From: Escherichia phage CL1
Sequence record: OK040806
DNA length: 64,000 nt
Strand: one strand, 5' to 3'
A program made the translations under genes and the position numbers. Numbering within the stretch: the first letter of the stretch is position 1; each line of letters opens with the position of its first letter. Positions 1 through 9,243 of the stretch are shown piece after piece. The notes under the pieces are model-generated. The model was not told where the DNA came from and searched no databases. It saw only the letters and a program-made list of their open reading frames with translations.

Positions 1-535
1 GTCTGAGCTATTGCGTCGTTGCAAACGCTACCAGTATGCACAGGTAAACGTCTGTCACGTTCGTAAGAGTGCAGGTGGTCAGAAAGCTAACTCTGAAGGT
101 GGAGATATCTCTGAAGAGGACATTAAAGGCTCTGGTGCGTATTTCCAGATTTCCATGAACAACATCCTGTTAATGCGTAACAAGGTTGACCCAGACCCTG
201 TTAAGAAAAACTTGACAAAAATCAAGTTAACTAAGTGTCGTCGTCATGGTAAGTCAACAGGTATTGCTGGTCATACTTGGTACAATCCAGACACAGGGCG
301 TCTTATCAAAGCTTCTGGGTGTGGTGTTGACATTGATGGTGCAGCAGAAAATATCCGTCAGCAGTTTGGCATTGGTGAAGCTGAAGACCATTATGACGAC
401 TCTTTACCTCATTATGATGATGAAGTATTTGACCGTGAGACTGGTGAAGTTTATACTGAAGAACAGCGTCAAAGCTCAACGATTCCACCTGTATTAAGTG
501 AGGATGCAGATGACTGCCCATTCGAAACTGAATGA
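1..535 (+). CDS. hypothetical protein, 5' end lies outside the window
   Basis: Reading frame open from window start to stop at 533-535; no recognisable motif. Confidence 0.4.
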   Translation, partial: SELLRRCKRYQYAQVNVCHVRKSAGGQKANSEGGDISEEDIKGSGAYFQISMNNILLMRNKVDPDPVKKNLTKIKLTKCRRHGKSTGIAGHTWYNPDTGRLIKASGCGVDIDGAAENIRQQFGIGEAEDHYDDSLPHYDDEVFDRETGEVYTEEQRQSSTIPPVLSEDADDCPFETE

Positions 536-791
536 TAGTTATAAAAGAGAGGGGTTCATACCCTTCTTTGAAGAAAAAAGTTTAAATGAATTTCAGGAAG
601 AGTGTTTGACAAAGGTTGATAGGTTCTATAGAATGCTCTACATGAAATGTGATGGAGGCGTTGAGGTAGAAGAAAAGTTCCATCACAGTATGATAACAGT
701 CACTATTACTATACCTCGACATAATATTGGTTGGCTGTTTATAATTAAAGAAAATGTGTTTGAATATCAAGTATATCGGAGAATATCATGA
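504..791 (+). CDS. hypothetical protein
   Basis: ORF from track; start uncertain (GTG 498 or ATG 504), overlaps end of upstream ORF. Confidence 0.25.
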   Translation: MQMTAHSKLNDSYKREGFIPFFEEKSLNEFQEECLTKVDRFYRMLYMKCDGGVEVEEKFHHSMITVTITIPRHNIGWLFIIKENVFEYQVYRRIS

Positions 792-937
792 AACACTCTA
801 AAGCATTTGAACAAGTTTTTGGGGATTCCTTAAAAGCCACTGCTGGTAAACCAGCAAAATACTATGAAGAGAAGCGTGTAAGAACTGGAAAAACTGCACG
901 TAAAGCAGCTTCTAAAGATAAGCACAACTTCCAGTAA
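788..937 (+). CDS. small basic protein (49 aa), below ORF-track cutoff
   Basis: ATG at 788 preceded by GGAG; Lys/Arg-rich product; ends just before promoter 945-973. Confidence 0.3.
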   Translation: MKHSKAFEQVFGDSLKATAGKPAKYYEEKRVRTGKTARKAASKDKHNFQ

Positions 938-944
938 TTAATGT

Positions 945-973
945 TTGACAATAGAGTATCAACAAATTAGAAT
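945..973 (+). promoter_or_regulatory. sigma70-like promoter (TTGACA-N17-TAGAAT)
   Basis: TTGACA 945-950, 17-nt spacer, TAGAAT 968-973, about 37 nt upstream of ATG 1010. Confidence 0.5.
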
Positions 974-1009
974 TGGTACTCTTCATAAATTGAGATAGAG
1001 GTTTAAATA

Positions 1010-1867
1010 ATGTCTAAAGTTGTTAAAATGAAAGCTCCGGTAGAGAAGTACAATGGTACTGAACGTCAAACTCTGCGTTACCTGCTGAAAGATGTTTGGT
1101 TTTATTACCTGAACACTTCACCACGTCCGGGAAAAGGTAAATCCATTGATAAGAAATTCCCAGGCAAAGACTGCAACTACAGTGTTTCAATTCTGGCAGA
1201 AGATGGTAACAAGCTGTTTAAAGAGTTTACTAAGTCTAAGAAAAACCCAGAAGGTTGGGATAAAGTTACTACTGAAGCAGTTGATGCAGATGACTTCGAA
1301 GAGAAGTTTGGTTGCAAACCACCATTTGAAGCAGACACTTACTACATCCTGAAAGTAAGTCGTGCAGCAGCTTATAAAGATGGCGCTGTGTGGACAGCTA
1401 AACAGTCATTCCCTGTAATGCTGATTGAAGAAGTGAATGGTAAGCGTGTAGCTGTTAAACAGCCGATGAAGAAAATCAAAGCTCAAGCATCTGACAAACA
1501 TGAAGATGACAAGAACTATGATGTAATTCATCCAGATATTGCAGTTGGGAACGGTTCTTTTGGTAGTGTGATTCTTTCTACTCACTTCTACACTTTTGAG
1601 AACAATGTTCTGACAAAACCTATTCAGGAACAGTTTATCATTGATACTCTCGTACCTTACACTGGTGGTAACGGTGCTAACGGTGAACCTGAACTGGATG
1701 AAGACGAACTGGCTATGCTTGGTCTTGACGGTGTTGAAGATAACGGTGAAATCACTGAAGAAGACGCAAAAGACCACAAACCTTCGAATGATTCTGATGA
1801 TGGTGACGATGAAGACTTGCCAGACCCAGATGACGAAGAAGATGAAGACTTCGATACAGAAGACTAA
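1010..1867 (+). CDS. putative ssDNA-binding protein with acidic C-terminal tail
   Basis: 285 aa; C-terminus DSDDGDDEDLPDPDDEEDEDFDTED resembles phage SSB acidic tails; function inferred only. Confidence 0.4.
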   Translation: MSKVVKMKAPVEKYNGTERQTLRYLLKDVWFYYLNTSPRPGKGKSIDKKFPGKDCNYSVSILAEDGNKLFKEFTKSKKNPEGWDKVTTEAVDADDFEEKFGCKPPFEADTYYILKVSRAAAYKDGAVWTAKQSFPVMLIEEVNGKRVAVKQPMKKIKAQASDKHEDDKNYDVIHPDIAVGNGSFGSVILSTHFYTFENNVLTKPIQEQFIIDTLVPYTGGNGANGEPELDEDELAMLGLDGVEDNGEITEEDAKDHKPSNDSDDGDDEDLPDPDDEEDEDFDTED

Positions 1868-1885
1868 TCTCTAAAAGTTACTTTA

Positions 1886-1914
1886 AAGCCCTGTACTTAG
1901 TATGGGGCTTTTTC
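1886..1914 (+). terminator. intrinsic terminator
   Basis: Hairpin AGCCC..GGGGCT followed by TTTTT. Confidence 0.5.
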
Positions 1915-1929
1915 ATATGGAGAGTCATA

Positions 1930-2970
1930 ATGGAGCAGTATACGCTAACAAAACTTCCAGATTCAGTTACACATGTCTTTATTGACTCTGACAGTATTGC
2001 CTATAAAGGTGCTTGTGTAGTTGAGAAAGCAAAATATAAATATGTCAATAAACTCACAGCAGAAGAATCTGAACCATTTGATAATGCAAAAGATGCTGCA
2101 AGATGGTTAGCAGACCAGAGAATCCTTGTAGAAGAGCTTGGCCTAACATTTGATGAAGATGAATGGGAAAGACAGACTTGGAAAGAAGCTAAGAGTGAAA
2201 AAGAAGCTATCATGGCTACTCAGCAGGTTCTTCAGGAATGGCTTAAGATTGTTGGTAAAGAAAGAACTTGGGTAGGTTACTTAACAGAAAAGGGTGTACA
2301 TAAACATAAAGACATTAAAGGTCTTGAGCACCAATATCAAGGTAACCGTAAGGATGCTGTCACACCAACACACTTAGTTGCTTGTCGTGAATATCTTCTG
2401 TCAAGACCAGAGTTTAAGCTTCTCCGTGGGGGATTTGAAGCCGATTCCATCGTAATTGCTAAAGCTGAAAAGATGGGTAAGAAGGCTGCTCTTATGAGTA
2501 TTGACAAAGACCTTCGACAAGCTGAGGGGACTTATTGTATTGATATGACTTATGAAAAGTCACCACTAATTTTTATTGCTGATAATAATGTTGGTGATAT
2601 CTGGGATTGTCCTATCAAATCAAAACCAAAAGCTGCAAAAACAGTTGGTGTAGGTTTTAAATTCTTGTGTTATCAGGCTGTTGCTGGAGATAATGCAGAC
2701 AACTACTTCGGCCTTAAAGGTGCTGGAAAGGTAGCTGTGATGAATGCTTTAGATGGTAAAGAGACATATAAAGAGTGTCTTGATGCTATCTATGAACTCT
2801 ATGCTAAAAAAGAGTCTTACACCTATGTATCATGGGATGGACAGACTGTCACAAAGACACCATTAGAGTTAATGGAACAGCATTTCTGGATAGCATATCA
2901 AGAGAGAAGTCCAAAAGATAATTTCTCTTTTAAGAAATATAATTGGGAGCCGTGTATGAATGAAGATTAA
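1930..2970 (+). CDS. 5'-3' exonuclease / flap endonuclease (RNase H-like)
   Basis: N-terminal VFIDSDSIAYKGA and helix-3-turn-helix motif AGDNADNYFGLKGAGKVAV typical of the FEN family. Confidence 0.7.
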   Translation: MEQYTLTKLPDSVTHVFIDSDSIAYKGACVVEKAKYKYVNKLTAEESEPFDNAKDAARWLADQRILVEELGLTFDEDEWERQTWKEAKSEKEAIMATQQVLQEWLKIVGKERTWVGYLTEKGVHKHKDIKGLEHQYQGNRKDAVTPTHLVACREYLLSRPEFKLLRGGFEADSIVIAKAEKMGKKAALMSIDKDLRQAEGTYCIDMTYEKSPLIFIADNNVGDIWDCPIKSKPKAAKTVGVGFKFLCYQAVAGDNADNYFGLKGAGKVAVMNALDGKETYKECLDAIYELYAKKESYTYVSWDGQTVTKTPLELMEQHFWIAYQERSPKDNFSFKKYNWEPCMNED

Positions 2971-3457
2971 AGGATTTGGCAATTGTCCCACCTATGGACA
3001 TTGGGTGTCTTTATGTGGGGAAGTTGACCCCACTAAACATTTTGGTTTTGTCTATTTAGTACACTGTAAGAAAACCGGACAATATTACATCGGAAAGAAA
3101 CAGCTTAATAGTGTGACCAAAAGAAAAGTTGCTGGCAAGACTCGGAAGAAGGTAGTCACTAAGGAAAGTGATTGGATGACTTATGAGACTTCTTCTGAGT
3201 ATATTAAAAAAGATATTGAGAGTTTTGGGAAAGAATTTTTTGACTTTTACATTATCCAAACCTACTACACGAAAGGTGGCCTAGTTTATGGTGAAGCAAA
3301 TCTCCAACATAAATTCGATGTAATGACAAAAAGGATTGACTCTAAGCTCAGACTCTTCTACAATGCCAATATTGCAGCAATTAAGTTTATTACTAAAGAA
3401 ACTTATGAAGATGCTGAAAAAAGAATCCATAAGGTAATGAAAGCGAATTGTGCTTGA
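2960..3457 (+). CDS. GIY-YIG family nuclease (endonuclease II-like size)
   Basis: Motif FVYLVH-x8-YYIGKK followed by basic stretch; 165 aa. Confidence 0.45.
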   Translation: MKIKGFGNCPTYGHWVSLCGEVDPTKHFGFVYLVHCKKTGQYYIGKKQLNSVTKRKVAGKTRKKVVTKESDWMTYETSSEYIKKDIESFGKEFFDFYIIQTYYTKGGLVYGEANLQHKFDVMTKRIDSKLRLFYNANIAAIKFITKETYEDAEKRIHKVMKANCA

Positions 3458-3478
3458 TAACTATTGAGAGAGAATAAA

Positions 3479-3727
3479 ATGTTTAACAAAAGTAAAGCTG
3501 TGAGTCATGTAGCAAAAGTTGACAGCAAGATTGAAGAACTTGAGCGCATTCTTGCAAATGCCAGAGAGTCAATCATTAAAGAAGTTGAAGCTGTTGAATC
3601 TCAAATGCAGCACCTAATGCTTAAACGTCAAGAGCTACGTGAGCATCTGGAATATATTGAAACGCGAGAGCTAAAGGTTAACAAATATTTTAAGGAGTCA
3701 GAATGTTTAACTCAAGAGAATCAGTAA
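3479..3727 (+). CDS. hypothetical coiled-coil protein
   Basis: ATG 3479 after GAGAGAG; track start 3464 is TTG. Confidence 0.45.
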   Translation: MFNKSKAVSHVAKVDSKIEELERILANARESIIKEVEAVESQMQHLMLKRQELREHLEYIETRELKVNKYFKESECLTQENQ

Positions 3728-4458
3728 AAAACTGGAACCTTCGTTGTGGAAACACCCAAAAGCAACCTTACAGTGACGAGTATTGGGAATCTTTAAAGTC
3801 TCAATCTCTATGTATGCTTGAAGAAGCAAAAGAGCTTGTGAAGGCAATTGAAGAGAAAGACCCAATTGAGACACTGGATGCTCAGGCAGATTTGCAATAT
3901 GTTCTTGACGGTTTGATTTACCTGTCACAACATGACCATAACGGTGCTATGAAAGCTGTTTGCCATAATAATGACCTGAAGTACACAGATGACTATGAAG
4001 AAGCTTTAAAACGTCTTGCAGATATTGAGAAGCGTACTGGTCAAGAGTGTATCATCAGAATGTCAGTAGTTGATGGTAAAGAGTGGTATGCAATTGTTCG
4101 TGCATCCGATGGGAAGATTATGAAACAGTCTAATCTCCCTAAAGTTCAGCTTGGTGAATACATTGTAGAACTTGAAAGCCAAGAACTTTTTGTGGTAGTA
4201 TCTGACACATGCGTTATCTGCAAAGGTATTGTAGGTAGCTTAAAGGATTTGGGTGTAGATGGTTTTGTAGAAGTTAATCCAATTACCTCTAAAGCAGATA
4301 AAGATTTCTGTAAAGAGAATGGACTATGGATTGCAGATATTATCTACTATGATGGTGAGCAGTTCCATGTAACCTCATACCCGAAACTGAATTATGATGC
4401 TAATAACCTGAAGTGCTGGTTAAAAGGGGTTGGTTATAATGGATTCACAGAACATTAA
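3703..4458 (+). CDS. hypothetical protein, possible MazG-like NTP pyrophosphohydrolase
   Basis: AAGGAG RBS; EEAKELVKAIEE ... DAQADLQYVLDGL acidic helix pattern weakly resembles the MazG EExxE/DxxD motifs. Confidence 0.3.
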   Translation: MFNSRESVKNWNLRCGNTQKQPYSDEYWESLKSQSLCMLEEAKELVKAIEEKDPIETLDAQADLQYVLDGLIYLSQHDHNGAMKAVCHNNDLKYTDDYEEALKRLADIEKRTGQECIIRMSVVDGKEWYAIVRASDGKIMKQSNLPKVQLGEYIVELESQELFVVVSDTCVICKGIVGSLKDLGVDGFVEVNPITSKADKDFCKENGLWIADIIYYDGEQFHVTSYPKLNYDANNLKCWLKGVGYNGFTEH

Positions 4459-4762
4459 TAAAGAAGGTGTGGCTCAGAAGAGCCACTTCTCAAACTACAA
4501 TATCTCTATGACGGTGTTTATGAATGACCCGTTACTTGAGAAGTATGGTGAGACTCCAGATACACTTCTGGATAATGAACAAGTTTTAAAAGCAGTTCTG
4601 TACAAATACGGGATTGATATTGAGAAAGAGTATTCTTTTGAAATCTGTCAACACAGGAATACTTTTGGTAAAGTTGTAATGGCTCCACTCTTCATGGGTG
4701 TAGAAAGAACTGACTATGGTTGGTTATATCTAAAAAGAAACTTGGAGAAATACCGTGTCTAA
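4439..4762 (+). CDS. hypothetical protein
   Basis: ATG 4439; track start 4430 is TTG. Confidence 0.45.
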   Translation: MDSQNINKEGVAQKSHFSNYNISMTVFMNDPLLEKYGETPDTLLDNEQVLKAVLYKYGIDIEKEYSFEICQHRNTFGKVVMAPLFMGVERTDYGWLYLKRNLEKYRV

Positions 4763-5090
4763 AGCAAAAAAGCTGTCTTATGATGACATTATCTCAGGTG
4801 CTAAATTAGGTGTTGATAGTATCGGACAAGATGTTAAGCACGGGGACACAGTTATGTACTGTGACGACCGAAGAGGCAGAAGTGCAATCTTGTTTGGAAG
4901 AATTGTTTGCAAAATGCGAGGCAATTACGTTGTTGCAGACATGGATGTGAATGTCACACAAAAACTCGAAACAATTATGGATGCTAGTACACCATCATGG
5001 TTCCTGAATTGTATGCACACCTCTTCAGTCACAAAGGTAAGCGATAAGTTTTACGATATGTGGCAGAATGAGCAAATTTTCAAGATTTAA
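4755..5090 (+). CDS. hypothetical protein
   Basis: GTG start at 4755 with GGAG 8 nt upstream; first in-frame ATG far downstream. Confidence 0.4.
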   Translation: MSKAKKLSYDDIISGAKLGVDSIGQDVKHGDTVMYCDDRRGRSAILFGRIVCKMRGNYVVADMDVNVTQKLETIMDASTPSWFLNCMHTSSVTKVSDKFYDMWQNEQIFKI

Positions 5091-5096
5091 ACTAGG

Positions 5097-5118
5097 GAGC
5101 CTCTTCGGAGGCTCTTTT
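5097..5118 (+). terminator. intrinsic terminator
   Basis: GAGCCTC-TTCG-GAGGCTC hairpin then TTTT. Confidence 0.6.
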
Positions 5119-5136
5119 CATCTGTAGGATTCAAAA

Positions 5137-7371
5137 ATGATTAAGACAATTAAAAAATCAAACGGTACAGTAGTAAGCTTTGACCCAGAAAGATTGAATA
5201 AGTGGGCATCATGGGCAGACAAGCGTGGAATTATCTGGTCAGAAGTCACTATGGAAGCCATGAAGCGCGTCTATGAAGGTTGCACTACAAAAGAGATGCA
5301 CCAAGCCATGATTGATGTTTGTGTTGATAAACAAACTCAAGAGTACTCAGACATGGCTGGACGGCTACTTCTGGGGATTATCTACAAAGAAGCCTTTGGA
5401 GGCTTTACTAAGGTTCCTACGCTGGTTACCTTCGTTAAAAATATGGAGAGAGCAGGACTTTGGGAGAAGATGGACTATTCTCAGGAAGAGCTTGAATACC
5501 TGCAAGGGTACATTGTGCACTCAAAAGATATCTCTTACGGCTATGCAGTGTTGAAACAGTTCAGAGACAAATATGGTATCCGTGATATTAAAACTGGAAG
5601 ACTTTTTGAGTCACCACAATTTATGTTTATGGGTATGGCTATGAAAGCCTTTGAGAAGCAACCAAAGCACCGTAGACTGCAAGATGTTATTAAGCTGTAC
5701 ACTTACCTATCTGACCTGAAGATTAATGCTCCTACGCCTTATCTGAATGGTTTAAGAGCCACTAAGTCAGGTTATGCGTCATGTTGTTTGATTAAGGCAA
5801 ATGATACTGCTGAGTCACTTGGTATTGCTGCAAAGGTTGCTTATGATATGACTACAAAGCAAGCTGGTATTGGTATGCTGATGGAGACTCGCACTATTGG
5901 TGATGGTATTCGTCAAAACACTATCGAACACATGGGTAAGCTACCTTATTACAAGCTTGTACGTTCATCTGTAGAGGCAAATAAACAGAAGAGTCGTGGT
6001 GGTTCAGCTAACAACTTCTACACTGCTCTAGACCCGCAGATTGAAGATTTACTGCGTTTGAAGCACCCTACAACGGTTCCTTCTAAACGTATTAACGAGA
6101 TGGACTACTCATTTGGTACAAATGACTATTTCTGGCAGTGTGTTCAATATGATACAGACTGGTTGTTATTCTCTTATAAGGATGCACCAAAACTTTATGA
6201 TATGTTCTACACCGCATCTGCTGATGAGTTTGCTATGGCAGTTGGTCACGCAGTACATTCTGGTGTTAAACACAGACGAGTAAAGGCTCGTGAAATTGCT
6301 AAACTATTTATCCAGCAGCGTTACGCAACAGGTCGTGTGTACCCATTCTTCACAAATAATGCAAACACACATACACCATTTAAAGAGCCTTTGAAGATGT
6401 CAAACCTTTGTATGGAAATTGTGTTGCCAGTATACGGTTTTGAGAAGGAGACAGACCTTTACAGAGATGATGCTGTGAAAGAGGATGGTGAGGTAGCTCT
6501 TTGCTTCCTAGCTAGTTTGGTTGCAGGGAGAATTTCAGAAGATGAATACGCTGACGTTGCTTATTATGCTCTTGCAATGGTTGACTCCGTTATTGACCTT
6601 ATGGATTATCCGTATCCGTCGATGCGTAACCATGTTCAGAAGCGTCGTTCTGTTGGTATTGGCCTTACAAATGTGGCTCATTACCTTGCGAAAAACTACG
6701 TGAACTATTCTTCAAGAGCAGGTAAGACAAAGCTTCATGAGCTTGCTGAAATGCACTCTTACTACTTACATGAAGCCTCTTTAAGACTTGCTAAAGAGCG
6801 CGGTGTACCTGAATACATGAAGTTCACTAAGTATCCTGAAGGGTGGGTTCCTCCAAAGACAGCTAACAAGAAGATTGATGAGAAGCATGATGCAAAACTA
6901 AGATATGATTGGGATGACTTAGCACAACGTATTAAAGAAAATGGTGGAATCCGTAACTCTGTATTAGAAGCTTACATGCCTAATGAGAGTTCTTCACTGG
7001 CAACTAATACGACAAATGGCTTGTACCCAATTCGTGACTTTATTTTAACTAAAAAGTCTGCAACTGGTAACGTACTGTTTATTGTTCCAGATTATGAAGA
7101 GTTGAAGTATGTCTATGAAATTGCTTGGGATATTGACACCTTTGACCTGATTGATTGTTATGCAATTGTTCAAAAGTTCACTGGTCAAGCTATCTCTTCA
7201 GATTTCTATGTTGACTACGCAAAAGCTAAGAAGGTATCATTGGCTCAAGCTTTGAAGTACATGATTTATGCCAACTCAGTAGGTATGAAAACCATGTACT
7301 ACCTTAACAGTCGCATCGGTGTAGGTAAGTCTGCACTGCAAGATGCTTATTGCGAGGGTTGTGGTGTTTAG
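5137..7371 (+). CDS. nrdA: ribonucleoside-diphosphate reductase large subunit (class Ia)
   Basis: N-terminal ATP-cone-like IKKSNGTVVSFDPERL, active-site NLCMEIVLP, C-terminal CEGCGV; 744 aa. Confidence 0.95.
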   Translation: MIKTIKKSNGTVVSFDPERLNKWASWADKRGIIWSEVTMEAMKRVYEGCTTKEMHQAMIDVCVDKQTQEYSDMAGRLLLGIIYKEAFGGFTKVPTLVTFVKNMERAGLWEKMDYSQEELEYLQGYIVHSKDISYGYAVLKQFRDKYGIRDIKTGRLFESPQFMFMGMAMKAFEKQPKHRRLQDVIKLYTYLSDLKINAPTPYLNGLRATKSGYASCCLIKANDTAESLGIAAKVAYDMTTKQAGIGMLMETRTIGDGIRQNTIEHMGKLPYYKLVRSSVEANKQKSRGGSANNFYTALDPQIEDLLRLKHPTTVPSKRINEMDYSFGTNDYFWQCVQYDTDWLLFSYKDAPKLYDMFYTASADEFAMAVGHAVHSGVKHRRVKAREIAKLFIQQRYATGRVYPFFTNNANTHTPFKEPLKMSNLCMEIVLPVYGFEKETDLYRDDAVKEDGEVALCFLASLVAGRISEDEYADVAYYALAMVDSVIDLMDYPYPSMRNHVQKRRSVGIGLTNVAHYLAKNYVNYSSRAGKTKLHELAEMHSYYLHEASLRLAKERGVPEYMKFTKYPEGWVPPKTANKKIDEKHDAKLRYDWDDLAQRIKENGGIRNSVLEAYMPNESSSLATNTTNGLYPIRDFILTKKSATGNVLFIVPDYEELKYVYEIAWDIDTFDLIDCYAIVQKFTGQAISSDFYVDYAKAKKVSLAQALKYMIYANSVGMKTMYYLNSRIGVGKSALQDAYCEGCGV

Positions 7372-7426
7372 TTTTAATAACTATGAGGGTCGTAAAAGAC
7401 CCTCTAAAAATAACTTTGGAGAAACT

Positions 7427-7684
7427 ATGAAAGACTTAATAGCAAATCACGAATGGCCCATATACTTGCTCCACAAACCTCGGAAAACGCTGTACTATGT
7501 GAGTAGCACAGATATGATGATAAAACAGAAGGATGACTCATGGGTCGCTGGTGTCTCTTACATCTCTACAGCAGATGGTAAAATCTATGCAAGACCTTAT
7601 GACATGTTTAATAAAGAAAATTGGGAAGTTTTAGACAGAAAACAAGCCTTAGAGATGATAAAGAAAGGAGAAATCACACTATGA
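7427..7684 (+). CDS. hypothetical protein
   Basis: ATG 7427 after GGAG; track ORF start 7343 lies inside nrdA; stop overlaps nrdB start (ATGA). Confidence 0.4.
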   Translation: MKDLIANHEWPIYLLHKPRKTLYYVSSTDMMIKQKDDSWVAGVSYISTADGKIYARPYDMFNKENWEVLDRKQALEMIKKGEITL

Positions 7685-8754
7685 CTAACCAACACCCAAT
7701 CTTTTTAGGTGGTGAGAGAAAGACATTTGACTCACTTAATAAACACTACCCAAAAATCTTTGAACTATACAAACAACAAAAAGCACAAGATTGGTCAGAA
7801 GATGAGTTCCCTTTTGAACAATCACGTCTTGACTTTGAAAGCGTACCAGCATCAATGTCAGGTGTAATGCTTGAGATTCTTAAGTGGCAGTGGGAAGCAG
7901 ATACCCAAGTTGCTAAGAGTTTAGCGTTTGCTTTTGCACCATTCATCTCTGATGACATTTATGCAACTGCAATTATGAAGCAGTCTGAGATTGAAAACTT
8001 ACATGCTCTGACTTACTCGGAAATTGTAAGACAATGTATTAAAAATCCTGAAACAATCTTAGATGAGATTAACCAGAACATTGCTGTACAAGACCGATTA
8101 AAAACTGTGAATCGTGTTCTTGAAGAATTACTGGATGAAGGTATAAACTATCGACTGAGTTATGTCCGTGACTCACTTCTGGACAAAGACCCTTTGCACT
8201 TCCATAAAGTGATTCTAAAAGGTCTATTTGCAGTGACTGCACTGGAAGGTATATCCTTTATGGCATCCTTTGCATGTACTTTTGCACTTGATGCTCAAGA
8301 TAAATTTCAGGGTATTGCTCAAGCTGTACAGAAAATTATGCTTGATGAAATCCTTCACACTAAAATTGATATTGAAGTTTTAAAAGAAACTTTAAGAGAT
8401 GATGAGTGGCAAAAAGCTTTCCAACAAATTCTTCCAGAGATTAAAGTAATCTTAGATGAAGTAGTTGAAAGCGAAGAAAAATGGTCGTATTATATCTTCT
8501 CCGAAGGACGTGCTGTAGTTGGGTTAAATACAAAGCTTCTTCATGAGTGGGTTTACTATAATGCTGCCCCACTGTATGATATGTTTGGCATTCCTAGAGA
8601 TTTTGTAGCTCCTAAAGAACCACCTTTGAAGTATATGATTAAGAAGATGGAAATTGATAAAGAGCAGAATGCTAATCAGGAGCAACAGAACGGTGCGTAT
8701 TTATTGAATACTGTTGTAGATGATTTGAATAGTGGATTTTTAGAGGTTCCTTAA
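7681..8754 (+). CDS. nrdB: ribonucleoside-diphosphate reductase small subunit
   Basis: ATG 7681 after AAAGGAG; ferritin-like helical protein directly downstream of nrdA. Confidence 0.9.
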   Translation: MTNQHPIFLGGERKTFDSLNKHYPKIFELYKQQKAQDWSEDEFPFEQSRLDFESVPASMSGVMLEILKWQWEADTQVAKSLAFAFAPFISDDIYATAIMKQSEIENLHALTYSEIVRQCIKNPETILDEINQNIAVQDRLKTVNRVLEELLDEGINYRLSYVRDSLLDKDPLHFHKVILKGLFAVTALEGISFMASFACTFALDAQDKFQGIAQAVQKIMLDEILHTKIDIEVLKETLRDDEWQKAFQQILPEIKVILDEVVESEEKWSYYIFSEGRAVVGLNTKLLHEWVYYNAAPLYDMFGIPRDFVAPKEPPLKYMIKKMEIDKEQNANQEQQNGAYLLNTVVDDLNSGFLEVP

Positions 8755-8996
8755 TGACTTATGTAATTTACTCCAAAACTGGATGCCCTCAGTGTGAGAC
8801 TGCAAAGAATTTTGCAAAAGCTCGTGGTGTTGACCATGTTGTGAGAATGTTAGGGCAGGATTATGAACTGTCAGACCTGATAGATATTGCACAGATGCCA
8901 GTTCGCCAGATGCCATTCATCATGAAAACGGATGGTCAAAATCTAAAGCCTGTCGGAACACTACAGAATTTTATGGCAGAGGTGAATAATGCTTAA
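8754..8996 (+). CDS. glutaredoxin/NrdH-like redoxin
   Basis: 80 aa with CPQC active-site motif near N-terminus (YSKTGCPQCETAK); placed between nrdB and nrdD. Confidence 0.8.
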   Translation: MTYVIYSKTGCPQCETAKNFAKARGVDHVVRMLGQDYELSDLIDIAQMPVRQMPFIMKTDGQNLKPVGTLQNFMAEVNNA

Positions 8997-9195
8997 ACGC
9001 CTTTGGGAAGGCTTGGTTGTTGATGCACCAGCCATTGTGATTGGTATGCTTGTTGTTAACCTATTTACTGATTTTGAACAAGGTTCATTGTTTGGAGCCA
9101 TGTTACTATGGGTTATCATTGAAATATTAGAGATACAGCTAGGCATCACTAAAAAACTAAGAAAACTCATTTCAAAGTTTTCTAAAAAGATTTAA
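8989..9195 (+). CDS. small membrane protein
   Basis: 68 aa with two hydrophobic segments. Confidence 0.4.
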   Translation: MLKRLWEGLVVDAPAIVIGMLVVNLFTDFEQGSLFGAMLLWVIIEILEIQLGITKKLRKLISKFSKKI

Positions 9196-9201
9196 AATGA
9201 A

Positions 9202-9224
9202 AGGGTCTCTTCGGAGACCTTTTT
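9202..9224 (+). terminator. intrinsic terminator
   Basis: GGTCTC-TTCG-GAGACC hairpin then TTTTT. Confidence 0.55.
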
Positions 9225-9243
9225 AGCATGTAAAGGGGCAATA

